64,000 nt of DNA. It comes from Calcarisporiella thermophila CBS 279.70 (Eukaryota > Fungi > Calcarisporiellomycota). Positions 1 to 13,497 of this stretch are shown here, piece after piece. A program made the position numbers and the translations under genes. The stretch is from the NCBI RefSeq assembly GCF_041956535.1, contig NW_027192223.1:107879-171878 (forward strand), written 5' to 3'. Position 1 is the stretch's first letter. Each line of letters begins with the position of its first letter. Below the pieces are notes generated by a model. That model was not told the origin of the DNA. It saw nothing but the letters and a program-made list of their open reading frames with translations, and did no database searches.

Positions 1-85
1 GTATTTCTTACACCCAGTATATCTAATAAAAGTATAACATATTTAATTCGAATGTCATATTTAAAGGTCACGAAAGTACATTTCA

Positions 86-105
86 CAGTCATATCTACAG
101 TCACA
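86..105 (+). promoter_or_regulatory. Homol-D-like elements upstream of ESF1
   Basis: CAGTCATA at 86-93 and exact CAGTCACA at 98-105, ~50 nt upstream of the ATG. Confidence 0.55.
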
Positions 106-155
106 TTGTAAATATCTCAAGAGAAGGATAAACTCACTATTTCTGGTTTACTCGA

Positions 156-2891
156 ATGGTTAGAGCAATGCCAGACAAAAATTCGAATAAGAATAGATCA
201 AATACGAAAAAAGACGGATCGAATGCTCGGAGAGGCAAGTCCAATGAGCGCAATAAAGGTCCGATCACAGTCGATCCTCGTTTTGCTCATGTTCATAATG
301 ATCCTCGCTTCAAGCGACCAAAAAAGAAAGACCAGAAAGTGGTCATCGACAAACGATTTTCAGTGTTGTTAAAAGATAAAGAATACACTGGTGCACGTAA
401 GTCTATATATGTATCTTATATTTAAATTTTGCTTTTGTATTTATGATTATAATTTTCTAAATAGCAAAGGTCGACAAGTACGGGAGGCCAATTGCAAGCG
501 ATAAGGCAAAAGAAGACCTGAAAAGATATTACAAACTCGACGAAGAGGATGAGTCAGATTCAGTTGAGGACAGTTCTGATGAGGAAAAATCTTTGGAGGA
601 TCTGGAAACTCTCCTACAGAAAGAGGAGGAAGAGGAGGAAGAGGAAGAAGAGGAAAAGAGAATATATGATCCAGCGAGAGGCGAAGGAGTCTTGTCCTCT
701 TCAGATGAATCGGATATAGAAGAATATGATGACAAAGAAGAGAGTGAAGAAGCTCAAGAATCCGTGAGTTATATAGACTTTTTTTCTTTCAGAACCATCT
801 TGATATATTTATGTCAATTTAATAGTCAATACCACTTGGCGAAGAAACTCGTAGAATAGCTGTTGTCAATATGGATTGGGACCATGTCCGTGCTACTGAT
901 TTAATGAAAGTGTTCAGTGGATTCAAGCCAAGCGGGGGTGTAATTCGATCCATTAAAATTTACCCTTCAGAGTTCGGCAAAGAGCGGCTGGAAAAGGTAC
1001 ACATTGAAAACTGTTTGCAGTTGACTGCAATGAAGGACTATATTCTATTTTAATATTATTAGGAGGCTAGAGAAGGTCCACCCAAGGAAATTTTTAAGGA
1101 CGTAAACAGTAGTGACGTGGAGGATGAAGAAGAAATAAATGAGAAGACAATAATTAAAGAGGATTCAGGAGAGGAATTCAATATGGAGCAACTCAGAAAG
1201 TATCAATTGGAACGTTTAAGGTAATTCAACGCAAATTACAGGATATTATAATTCAGTATCAATTAACAAGTGCCAACATTCTCGTAGATATTATTATGCG
1301 GTTATTGACTGTGACACAGTGCAAACTGCTCGTGCCCTCTACGAAGCTTGCGATGGACGTGAGTTTGAGAGTAGTAGCAATTATTTTGATATGCGATTTA
1401 TTCCTGATGAGATGGAGTTTACTGATGAGCCAAAGTATGCTAAATCACCTCTAATAATTTATACTCACAATATTAAATGATTTTCTTATGAATGCACAGA
1501 GATGTTTGCACTCAAGCACCTGACAATTACAAACGTATCGATTTCGTAACCGATGCATTACAGCACTCTAAAGTAAAGCTTACATGGGACGATGATGATC
1601 CTGACCGTATGAATATCACACGTCGCAAATTCACAAAGGAGGATCTAAAGGATATGGATTTCAAGAGCTATCTTGCTTCTTCTGACGAAGACGACGAAGA
1701 CGATGAAGAGAAAGGAGCTGCAATGCGCGAGAAATATCGTAGTCTATTGAATGGTTCGGAGTTGCCAGACGATGACGTTGACAAAGAAATGGAAATTACA
1801 TTTGCGCCGGGGCTAAGTGAGGCAGCCGCAGAGCTCTTGGAGAAAAAGAAACAAAAAGAGGCAAGTGTTCAAAATTGATAACAGACAAGTTAAATCAAGA
1901 ACTTACACTTATTATCTAGGCTCAAGAGAATGAAACCTCCTTAGAGACATATCTCCGAAAGCAACGTGAAAAGAAACAGGCCAAAAAGCAAGCGAAACAA
2001 AAGCGAACCGAACAGGAAGAGAACCAACGTAAGTGGAGGAATTCTCATTTGAGTCATTGCTTTCCTCTAACCTCCGCGAGAATAGAAGATGAGCAGCTGC
2101 TTTTCTCAGATGATGACGTTAATTATGATCCGTCCGATCCCTTTTTCGCTGAGGAAATTGCCAAGGATAAACGTACGTATATAGCTTGCTCCGATATACA
2201 ATAACTCTCATATGCTAAAGACCAATGCTTTATCTGAATGCAGCTTCCAATGAGGTTAAATCTAAAGGAAAGAAGAAGAAATCCAAGGAAGAGCGAAAAG
2301 AAGCTCAGCGTCAACGAGCCGAGCTTGAGCTGCTTGTCATGGATTCTGAAAAGGATGGTCGAAAGCACTTCAATATGAAAGAGATCATCAAAGCGGAGAA
2401 GCGCAAGGGTAAAAAGGGAGGAAAAAAGAAAACCGAAGAATTGCAGGACGACTTCGAGATCGATGTCCAAGATCCTCGTTTCTCTGCTGTTTTGGAGAGC
2501 CATCATTTCGCAATTGATCCAACAAATCCACAGTTCAAAAAGACGAAAGCGATGTCCAAGGTCCTTGAAGAGCGACGAAAGCGTCAAATGGATTCAATTG
2601 ACGAGCAGGAAAAGAAAGGGTGGAGTAAAAATAAGGTATTTACATTCACTTAATTTTTTTTTTGCAGCCGATGAATTTTTTTACTAACGAACGTTATTTC
2701 CCAGAAAATCAATGAAAACAAAAAAGCTTCACAAGGTGATTTCAATGATCCATCACTTTCTTTGCTGGTCGATTCGGTAACTATCTAAACTATGTTAGCA
2801 ATCTACACGACTCTAATATTATAATTTATTACAGGTGAAGAGAAAATCAACACAGAATATAGAGGGTAACCGTAAAAAAACCAAGCTTTGA
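156..2891 (+). CDS. ESF1: Pre-rRNA processing protein Esf1 (multi-exon, ~11 exons)
   Basis: N-terminal DPRFAHVHNDPRF...VVIDKRF; RIAVVNMDWDHVRATDL, IYPSEFGKERL, ALQHSKVKLTWDDDD, MEITFAPGL; NUC153-like DVQDPRFSAVLESHHFAIDPTNPQF. Last exon VKRKS...KTKL ends at TGA 2889-2891. Alternative ATG at 168. Confidence 0.95.
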
Positions 2892-3072
2892 TTTATCCAC
2901 TTCCTAGATAGAACTGGCAATCTAATAAATCGTAATATATATATTCATAAACCTGGAGTTTAACATTGTGATACGCACTTGTTTTGAAAGTTTTATTTTT
3001 CCGTTAAAATTTTACAATATACAGCTACATAAGAAATTGAACATTTACTGAAACTGTGAAGATGACAAGTGG

Positions 3073-6000
3073 TTATACGTCTGGGTCGTCCTCTTCCTCA
3101 TCCTGGAACCGTACTCTCTTCTTTTGTCTTGATACCGCTGGAGCTCCCGTCTCGCAAATGATATCGGAGCTATTCTTCCCTGTAGAAGTCTCCACAAGCA
3201 ACTCCCTCTTGTAGATTTCCAGATCCGGTATATCATTAGCCAGTCTTAGCTTTTCGTCATCATCATCTACATCCACACTATCCATAAGTGTTTCGGTGTT
3301 GTTTTTTGCTGTGGTTTGTACACCGATAGATTGAGACGAATTAGATTTACGATCCAAAAGGAATAATGGTTGATATAATGAAGACACGGAGCCAAGCAAG
3401 GCAAAATAATCCTTGACATCGTCAATCTCGTTCGAATTGGTCAATGAGGCCGCCCTCATTGCGCCAACTCCTCCATACATGTTCTTCACTTTCTCAGGGG
3501 TTTCTTCATTTAGAGTTGACGTGTTCTCATTAGTGGTTTCGTTACCTCCAACTTCCTCAGAGTAGACTTCTGCCTCGTTGTTTGGGTGACCCGGTACAAA
3601 CTGTGCAGCACTTAGCATCGCTCTCAGCTTTCCGTCATCTTCCACATCTCTAACTCGGGCCCCTTCCTCTGCGCTCATTTCTCTTTTACGCCGCAGAATT
3701 GCCTCTTCCAACGTTCCACGGGCCACTAGAGTCTCAACATATACTGGTCGAGTTTGTCCAATACGGTGCGCACGCTTGATTGCTTGACGCTCGACGGCTG
3801 ACTGTAGGACAGGCGCTGTAAAGTATACACGAGTTGCCGCAGGGAGATTTATTCCAAAAGCAGCGAGTTTAGTATCCATGATGATAACGGATATTTGTGA
3901 CGAAGTTTGGAATGTGACGATATTGTGAGCACGCTCATCTGCCTGATAAAAAAAAAGAACATGCGCATAATGCATGCACCGAAATATGTGAATCGCTCTC
4001 AAATTATTGCAGAAATGATGGCCGTCTTACCTTAATCCCACGATTATGATACAATAGGTGTGGAATACCGGCAAGCGTGAAGGCTTCAGAAAGGAAATAC
4101 ATTTCATTGTTAAATTGGGTGAATATGATAACTTTTTCGTTGGGCGTGTGGCGATGAATTTGATCTATCAGGTAATTGAGCTTACTGCTGGTGGTGGCGA
4201 CAACACGGGAACTGCGAAAGTCTGCCATCATTATCGGGGCATAATGCGGCGATGAGGAAATCGCGGGAACAACACCATCCGCTGGTAGAATTGATGTAGG
4301 ACTAATTGTTGGATCATTTTGATGATCTTTTTTGATCGGTGATGCTTTTTTACTGGGATCTTTAGAATTTGATCTTTTTTCCGGCGTTTGAGCCTTGCCT
4401 GAATCCACTATTAGCGACTGGTGCGAATTTTCATTTTGATTTTGAACTACGGTCTCCGAGCCCACTGTAATATTTCCTTTCGCGTGCAAATCGCCTCTTC
4501 TTTTCTCCTTGGTCGTCGCTGTTTCTTTGATTTTTAAAGTTTTCCGAGCTCGCTTCCTACCTCTATTATTCTCATTTGGCTGTACGTATCGAACAAAAAT
4601 GTCCTTGGTTTCCAGAGGGATCATATCGGAAGGAGGCTTAACAGACCTGAGCTTTCGAACTAGATGTGATAGCTCCTCCCCACACATTAAGCATACATCA
4701 TCATCATCCTCCACCTCAATATCATCCTCCTCCTCTCCGTTGAATGCCAGACCCGAAAACTTTTGGATTCGTTCCATATCTGCAACTCCCCTAGCCTCCA
4801 CTACATCTCTCCTCAGTCCTTTAACAAAATAACCCATACTTCGAGTTTCGCTCAGCCCTCTCCAGACGCTGTCTTTTATAGCATGCTCCAAGATCCATTT
4901 GGCTCGCTTTAAAAGTATCACATCTTCATCTGAATAGCCAAGATGCGATGCTCGCGCAAGACCTTGCTCCACATTCGAAAGGGCACCGTGCAAGTTTTCG
5001 TGAGGAGAGGCAGTGAGCCAGAAGCAGCTATTCCATAAGTTATGAATCACTTCGGCCAAGGCTTTACGTTGGCGAGGGTGGAAGAAATAATCCTGATCCG
5101 TTCGTTGGGAGAGAACTGCATTGGCGGCAATAAATGCTAACAATAAAAAATGTCGACACGGAGCGTCAATGGAAATCCTAACAACTGTCTATCGCCTATT
5201 TGCTAAAAATATATCATTTCTCGCTTACCGATTAAACAGTTGTGGGTGATGTACTGATAGTAGTCTAAATTTAAGAGCACGATGCGTTCGTTCAGAGGAG
5301 GCAATCTGACGTCCCTCTCAATATCCTCTCTTTGAGTCCTGATCATCAGATTGGTCATCAAATCTCTGACTCGCCGTACCGCACCCAAATGGCGATGGAT
5401 AAAGGGCTTCGTAATAGCTCGATTCCACTCTTTACGCCTCTCACGAAACGGCGCAAATCCGAGAAAGTTTCCAATGATTCCCCAAAGCCTTGTTAAGTCG
5501 CCGCCCTCATTCGCCATGCGAGAGACGGAAGTATCCGATGCGGCTAGATTGTGAGTGGGGGTACCAGTACAGCACCATCGACGGCTAGCGTGAAGACAGG
5601 CAGCAAGATCGCTAGTACGGGAGGTGTTATTACCAAGTATGCTTCCTTCATCCACAATAAGCCTTTTCCAGTGCACGCGTAAGAGAGGCGAGAGATACGC
5701 ATCGTGAAGCGGACAGTGCAGAGCTTTCTCGTCGTCACATTTGCACGTGATTAACCTCTCTATTCGTAGATATTTAGACGTGATTTGGCATTGAAATCAA
5801 TAGATCATAACTACCTGTGAAAGGCGAACTATTAAAGTCCATTTCGCGCGCAAAACGATTGAAGGTTATTAGCACAACGTCATAGCGCAACAAAAACTTT
5901 GGTTCCGGGATTGACTGCGACATTTTGGATATTACAAGTATATTTAGGGCGAGATCGTCGATGTGCTATGTTTTTCCAAGAGCCAGCATATCAGCAGTTG

Positions 6001-7388
6001 AGCCTATTATTGTAAGGATAACTTGGAAGAGGAAAAAAATTACCTTGTTTATCTCATTAACCCATTGTTCGATTAGTGTTTGTGGAACTACAACCAATGT
6101 TGCTCCGGATATAAACACTGGGTAGGGTTCTTTGGCAGCTTGACGAGAACACTCTCGTAAGGATGGTAACGAATACACCATATAGTAGGGGGGGTAATGC
6201 CCATCCAACATTGAGTGGATATGCCGTGGGAGACCCCCCTTTTTAAATGGAACTCCCGCACAGATTGCGCTATTAGCGGCAAGTAACATGAGCGAATGCA
6301 TACGGCCGGGTGGTGAGAGTATATCACAGCGAATATCGGAGGTAAGAGGAGATTTAGCCGGGAGATCGATTTCGTATTTAGTAGCAAGGATAAGTGCAAT
6401 ACAAATACATGTTTTGCCAGTACCCTGAGGGATAGTAAGTTATCAATTTTACACAAGTATAAAAAAATCTAGCATTATATTTCACCATGTCTTCGCATAT
6501 GATTCCCCCACGTGTATCGGGATAATACGATGGGTGAAGAGTCGCTACAAAATCAACCAGATCAAAATAAAAAGTTGTGCCATGGACCGTTTGAAATTTG
6601 GTCAGTCTAGGGTGCACTATCTTGCGATTTTCGCGTTCACGTTGTAGCATTTTGCACAGTGTGTTCTAGAAGTATTGGAAAATATAAAGTCGGTTTTAAG
6701 GATAGCGCAAGATCTTCATTTACCCGCTGGTACCGATAGAGTTCGGTTTTCAGCCCACTAGGACCAGGTTGTTCCAAAAAATGCTTCACCATTTGAACCT
6801 CATTTTCACTTAGCTCTTCCGTAAATGGATTTGGAGAGGGAAGATCAAGGTAGATACTAAGGAGCGAGTCGCAGTTCTACATAAAATAACATCAGGTTAC
6901 AATCCTTGGAGTAAATATCTAAATTCACTTTCGCGTCTCATTTAACACAATAGCTGCTTTCTTACCTCATCATCAAGTAAAAGTTCAGGCTCTAAATTCA
7001 AATACTCTGCTACTTCGAAGATCTCAGGTCTTTTATCTATTTTCTCCAATATCTTATATAATGACGATTTAGTAAGCTGTGTACATCGGTTCGAGGAAGA
7101 TTTATCTGCTTCGAAAGGAATGAGATAGATTCGCACACGTAGCCAATCGTTCGAATTTGTAATTGGATGACATGTAGCTTGTAAAGCTGTGATAGCCACA
7201 AGATGTTGAAGTGCCTGGATAATAGGCTGGAAGAAAGGCGAAGGCGATGTGAGATCTGAGGGTATCGGAAACCAACCATCGAAGGCAGTTGGTATGCTAG
7301 CTGTCAGTAGATCTGTACAACATTGTATATCGAGAGAGCCAACTGCGAGCAAATGGCCAATCTCGTCGGGAGAACTTTCCGTGGCCAT
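3073..7388 (-). CDS. SNF2-family (Rad5/Rad16-like) DNA-dependent ATPase, multi-exon
   Basis: Spliced motif I RGGIICEDM|GTGKT, Ia TLVVVPQTLIEQW, II WKRLIVDEG, III RWCCTGTP, IV EKVIIFTQF, V-VI AAFGINL...QAIKRAHRIGQTRPVYVETLV. Confidence 0.9.
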
Positions 7389-7447
7389 TATACCATTTGC
7401 CACCAGTTATTGACAGAAATTTTCAGCAAAGTCCACCAAATAAAAAC

Positions 7448-7455
7448 TGTGACTG
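7448..7455 (-). promoter_or_regulatory. Homol-D-like element upstream of the SNF2 gene
   Basis: TGTGACTG (CAGTCACA on the minus strand), ~60 nt upstream of the ATG. Confidence 0.5.
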
Positions 7456-8381
7456 CAATATAACTATCAGATTGTCTTAATCCAACTTATTATAGGAATG
7501 TCATTAATTCGCAAAGAATGGATAGTTGTCAACTATTGGTAAAGCATATATTCCTCTAGCTCTCAACATATAAGGCTGATATATCACACTATTCACGAAT
7601 AGGATTTACGCTTTCTTGATCTCTCAATATTAATAGCCTATTTATTCTTTTATTGCAAAAAAGAGCCTCTAATGCGATAAATACTTTCTTCCTTTCAAAA
7701 GACGTCGCGCAAGTACTCGTTTCCCCCCTTTTGTGCTCTTTCTTTGCAAAAAGCCGTGTCTGCGTTTCCGAACGAGATTGCTGGGCTGATATGTAGTTCC
7801 CCCAGTGCGTAGCTGCAGAGCAGGTATATCTATTGGCGATGGAGGGAAAATATCGAGTGGGAATGAGGTAGGTAATTGTGTTGCGATGGCAGAAATCTAA
7901 TAAAAATCAAAGTGTTAAAAAAGTCAATATGAAGCGCAAGATAGAAACGAGATTAGTTACTTTTTCATGCATCAGTGATGGCTCATAATTGTACCCATTC
8001 ACATTGTGTCCCAATCTAGCAAACTGAAATGCAATCAAATGAGCACAAAAATTTCAGCCAATGTTGACTGGATATTTACTCTATCTCGAGCAATAAGATG
8101 TAATGGTGGGAGTGAATTTTGCAGAGCATTTCCTTGGGAAAAATCGCGACCCAACATCATTGGTGTTACATCGGGGATTATACTCTTAGATGCTGAAATG
8201 CAGCTAAGAGAGCGTGTTTGGATCGTATGCTAAAATATAATCTACATTAAGAACATAAAAACAGAAATGCTCAGCTAGCTTTTATACCGGTACTCTTGTG
8301 GATAGAACTCTCAAAGCGCCCAACATCTTTTCAATTCGTTTTTTTACACACTTTGACAAACTCGAAATTTACTTATGGAGG

Positions 8382-8434
8382 CACGTGTGACTTTCAATTG
8401 CCATTCGTAAACATGGTGGCTTACTGTGACTTTC
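8382..8434 (+). promoter_or_regulatory. E-box plus two Homol-D-like elements upstream of URB2
   Basis: CACGTG at 8382-8387 overlapping TGTGACTTTC at 8386; second TGTGACTTTC at 8425. Confidence 0.45.
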
Positions 8435-8495
8435 GATTTACTTTTACCTTCTCTAGAGTCCCACCTTTATTAAAGACGGACAGTAGAGCACGCGA

Positions 8496-11400
8496 ATGGA
8501 ATCGACGGAATCATATGCCAAGGCCTTGAAATCAGCAGGGCTCTCCTCACAAGAGCGCATCACTGCAGCACGTAGACTATGGACCACGACATTACATTTC
8601 CCACGCAAAGCGGAGTTTGTAGGCGAATGGGTTGGGTCAATGCTTGTTCGAAGTGTCCATAAGTGGGAAGGGTATGCAAATGAGTTTCATGCTGATTCGA
8701 AAGCATTCCTTTCACCTTCATTTTCGTCTGTTTTTGATATTAGAAACGAGGCGCCCGCATACTTGGATAAACAATATTGGACGTTGATGGTAGAGCTTCT
8801 CCCCCACTATGATGGCAGCGCAGGGTGGGGAGCATGGCCACGCAGTTTCCTAGCCGCTTCGCTTGCATCTCTTTTGAACGCTTCTAATTCCGACTCCAAT
8901 ATCGACTTCCCCGTATCTGAAAGACTCTACTTTGCTAATGAATGTTTGCAACTCTTGGGTGATGCATTCAAACCCCCCATGGATGCAACACTACATCTTC
9001 TCCGAGCCATTCTCGATGTTACAGAGAATGCGAGAGACGAAAAGTGGGAAAAATTGACCCATCGTGTCTTTGATATGATTATAGAAGGGTTCCACTCCAC
9101 ACCTCAACCACGCAAGCTTTTACCCAGTATCATCAAACTTTTACCTTCGTTGCTCCGTACCCGCCACAACCTTCTCCACACACATTCACTGCGTTCCCAC
9201 ATCACCAAATTGTTGCGACTAGGACTGTTTCATGCTGATTATGTAACCGAATATGTATCTGCGGATACTAAGCAAGAAAGCGAGCTAATGAAGCGGTTGA
9301 TGGAGGTGGTGACAGATATGAATATGGAGGAGCCGTTTGCGAAAGATACCTTAGCACATTTATTCGAAGTTTTCTTGTTACAAGTGCGAAGAAAAAAGCG
9401 GGAGGACCTGGTTTTTCCATTGTTTGAGCGTCTTAGAGGCACTCCAGTGACAGGTGGCACCGGTCTTGGCGTGACGCGAGGACTATTGCGTGTTTTGCGG
9501 GTAGAAGGGTGTTTAGTGCCAGAGGGCCAATTACAAGCTGTACGAGACGAAGTGGTTTCCCTCCTCCTTACCTCGAATAAGAAGGAGATTTTGGAGGAGA
9601 AGGCCCGCATGCAATCCGATGAATTCGCGTGTCTACAAGAGATATTAAATTTGGAGCCCAGGCTGATAGAAGAGAAGCTCGCAGATATATGGCCATCTTT
9701 GCTCTTGGTATGGGGTATTCGTTGGATATTCCTTGCCTACATTCTTTCATTTTCCACTGGATTAATTTGAATCGCTTTCTTTCTTAGCCCTCTTCGACTG
9801 CCTACGCTTCATGTCTAGCCCTGCTAATCGATCTTCTCCGAACCCACTCGCGGGCACGCGCTCTCAATGAGTGGACACTCTCCCTATTGAAGCATCTGGC
9901 CCAACTCTCTCCGAGAAGTCGCGCCTTAATGTGGAAATCTCCTCTCTTTTCAAGTGAAATGATGAGGGAATTTGCTGGAGTGGTGTCCGAAACTCTTCCG
10001 GGGGGCCAAGCCGTGGAAATTTTAGAGGCGATCGGGGGCGCCTTGCAAAGCTCCCTTGTAGAACAAGAAGACAAGTCTGAGCAAATCGCCCCGAAGTCCA
10101 AGAAGAAAACAAAAGCCAAAAAATCGAAAAGCGAGCAGAGCGAAGACGACGGGGGAATGTTCTCACTGACGGTTGCTCTCTCTGTGCGCTTCATTCAAGC
10201 TCTTCGTCTCTCTGATCAGCAGCGCGGAAAAGTTGATTCCATCCTTGCCTCGTGGCTCTCGCATATAGAACATGGTCTTCGTCATAGGTATAAGATTGCC
10301 TGGGTACTATATCTACACGATGCTCTTGCTTCTGTATCCCAGGCATACCGAGAGGCTTTCAAGAGCCAAGATGCGGGGTTGCAATTGGAGAAACTGCTTG
10401 AGAATAACGAGAGCCTTTCCCCAAGCGAGAGGGTGATGGTGAATAGATCTCTACTTCGGTATATGAATAGACATCTAGGAGAAAAAGACCGCGAGGCGTG
10501 TGCCCGCCTCGTGGGCCTAATTGTCAACACGCTTCCACCTCCTTTAATCTCATCCGCCTCGAGTGACATAGGAGCTGGGGTTGATGTATGGATGGGACGG
10601 TTTACCGAAGACATGTCTATGGGAGAGTTCAGAGTTGCAAACTGGCATGTGGTAATTGGAGAGTGGTTGGACACTCTCTGTGAGTACGGTCGACCGGAAG
10701 ACGTTCTCTTCGTTACAGACAACATTGTTAGTTCTCTTGTCTACTATCACCTTACGGAGGAAAGTTCCGATCTCCAATTTGAGGCGGGCGCATTGACCAT
10801 TCCCTGTCTTGCCTTCGAGCTGGTACGGAGCGCCCATTTCTTTGAATTTGCGGAGGCACGCGCTAGTTTCTTCAAATCCTTCCTGCGATTCCTAATCTCC
10901 TTCTCCTCTCCACTCCCATCCGAGCTTTCTTCATATATTACCAAGCTACAGCCTGCACCCCTTTCTGCCCTTCTCGACATGGTGAAAAGCTCACTTTCCC
11001 TTCATCTAGAGATAGAGCCGAAACAAAGTTCTGTCGCTCCGCTGGACAAAACGACGGTACGCGTGCTTGAAGCTGGAATCCGTATTGCACTTTTATGCCC
11101 CATCGACTTTTTCAACAAAGCCGAGCGTAATTGCCTCTTGGCGCTTTCTCTTATGCTCGAAGCGCTGATGGTGCAACATATGTCGACAGACGAGGCAAAA
11201 CAATGCGTAATAACGTGTCGGGCGGTCTCCCTACGGGTCATGACTTATCGAAGGGATGGAGGCTTGTTTGCCCACGATCCTCATTTGCTATGTAGGGTGT
11301 GGAAACACACTTCCCAGCTTATGTCCGAGAACGAGGCCAGCAACCGGTCACTGTCAGAGGTGACGGAAGAAACAACGCGTCTTGTAATCAAGCATATCAT

Positions 11401-13091
11401 GCGGGCAGGCTCTGAGGGTCTTGGGTACTTGCAAACCATTGTGGAATGGGTGTGGACCCGATGGAACTCGGTCAATTGGTTAGAGAGTCCGGCTAGGAAA
11501 GATCCGGCAAACGAATGGTGGGTGGATATCTTTGGGGTGGTCATCCATAGCGTGATGGAGAGGTAAGTGACCGGGCTCATTAAAGTCGTTTTTCTCTTCT
11601 CTGCTCTTCGGTTTTTACTTCGATCGATTTATGGCAAATCAACTGACTCGCTATTCTCTGGTATCTTTGGTTTTCTAGTTGGAATCCGTTGCTCACTATG
11701 GACTTTCTCCCACCCATTCTCAAGGAATCGCTTCGAATCTCCACCCATGTCATCTCCACCCTTGAACAGGATACCAGTATGGACACACGCACTTATATCC
11801 GAGGCAATGGTTGGTTTACGTTGTATGGAGCACTTCTCAAGGCAGAGCGTATCCAACTCCTAGATGAAATCACGGTCGAAGGTGGCGCCACTGGGCTCTA
11901 CGAAAGGCTCTTGAAACTAGGGATGCGAATTCTCGGCGAATCTCAGCTCAAGCAAGAGCCTATGATGGTCAACGTGATGGAGGCCGTCCTCGCGCAATTA
12001 CAAATTTATTGCCAACGCTGCCCAGACGTGGGCCACGCTGTCTCGTGGAGTCTTACCGTCGCGAAGGCGGTGCGTTCAGAGGAAGCTATGCTGGCGAAGG
12101 TGGACGAGGCAATTCGGGTCCTCATGCGTGGAGCTTCGAGCGAAGAGGTGCGCGCAATTTCCTCGAGATTGGCCAAAGAAGTTGTCGAGAGTAGCGATGA
12201 CTCGGCAAGCATAGCCGTGCGATTGGTGGGCGTTGTTATGGCGAATGTCTCTCGAGGTAAGCACATCCTGTTTGTATACTATCTACTGTTGTTTAATTCA
12301 TCCCATCTTTTCTGCCCCACTTCTTCTCAGGAAAAAACAACCCCATGTACCGCCTTCTCCCTGCCCTCGTCTCCCAACTTGCCTACCGGCTTGAAGCGGC
12401 GCCTTCTAAACAGTTTGCCGTCAGAGGGGTCCAGCTTCTCTCCCAGCTAAGTGCGGATGCCAACTATGATCTACGAGTTTATGAAGTCCAGCGGATCCTC
12501 TCCGGCGCGTCTGCGCTTGTATACCAAGGCAGGCATCAGACACCAGAGCTGGTGGAAGAGACCGTGTTCGAAGGCATCTATCGGATTCTGTTCCATCTGG
12601 CACGCTTTCGGCGCGAGAGGGTGCTCGCGGTACTTCCTGTGTGGGTCGAGGTGGTCCAGGCACTGCTGCATTGGCTAGCATTGATGGAAGGCAAAGAGCT
12701 TCCGGCGGCATGCGCCGCGAATATGGCGCGGTTACTTGCCGTAATGACGGAACGGCCCGCCACCTTGATTATCCCGACTTCTGGGAAGCGGCGACTAGAA
12801 GAACACGAAGAGAGCCACAAGGGCACCAGCTCTCCCGGCATGCACGAGAAAGCGTTTGGTAAGCATGTGCCCTATCTTCTGTCGGAATACCTTTCGCTTG
12901 TCCACGCTCCCACCGCGACTGTGAGCGCCGCGGTAAGACAGGCGCTCCAGCCAGGCGTGTATGCCCTGCTGGATGTGCTGGGAGAGCATGAGCGCGACAT
13001 GCTGATGGCCGGGCTGGACGCAGTGGGCAAGGCCGTGCTCAAGAGCTTGTATGAGGACTACACCAAGCACTATAAATACACCGGGCGCTAG
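8496..13091 (+). CDS. URB2: Nucleolar pre-ribosomal protein Urb2/Npa2, multi-exon
   Basis: Long helical ORFs joined by short introns. N-terminal FPRKAEFVGEW. C-terminal Urb2-type segment KHVPYLLSEY...LQPGVYALLDVL...LDAVGKAVLKSLYEDYTKHYKYTGR. Confidence 0.85.
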
Positions 13092-13497
13092 TCAGGTTGT
13101 AGCTATCTAAGCCACTTCTTGTATATATGGAAATCGAAATAAAATTGACCAAACACAATGCCTCAGGAGAAAGCGGCCCAATGCCTGCTTCCCGGCACAA
13201 ACACAGCTGCACTTGCAGCTAAACGCTGCGAATCCGGGCGATGCCCTCCTTCCAAAGCAGTCGCGTTGCATGGACTGCTTCCTTTTAGGATTAGAGTTTT
13301 TGTAATCGGGGGCACTGGCCCTGCTCCTGCGCTCGCGCGATTAGAATCCGGCTGCCAGGTTTACGACCCTCTTCCCCTGCTCAAGGCCCAAATCTCTCAC
13401 TTGCTCACGCCAGCCCACGCGTCTGGCCCTGCGTCCCCCTCTTCGCTTGCTGCTGCTGCGCGGCTGCTGGTTTTCCAATCCCAAAGCATTTCCCCAA

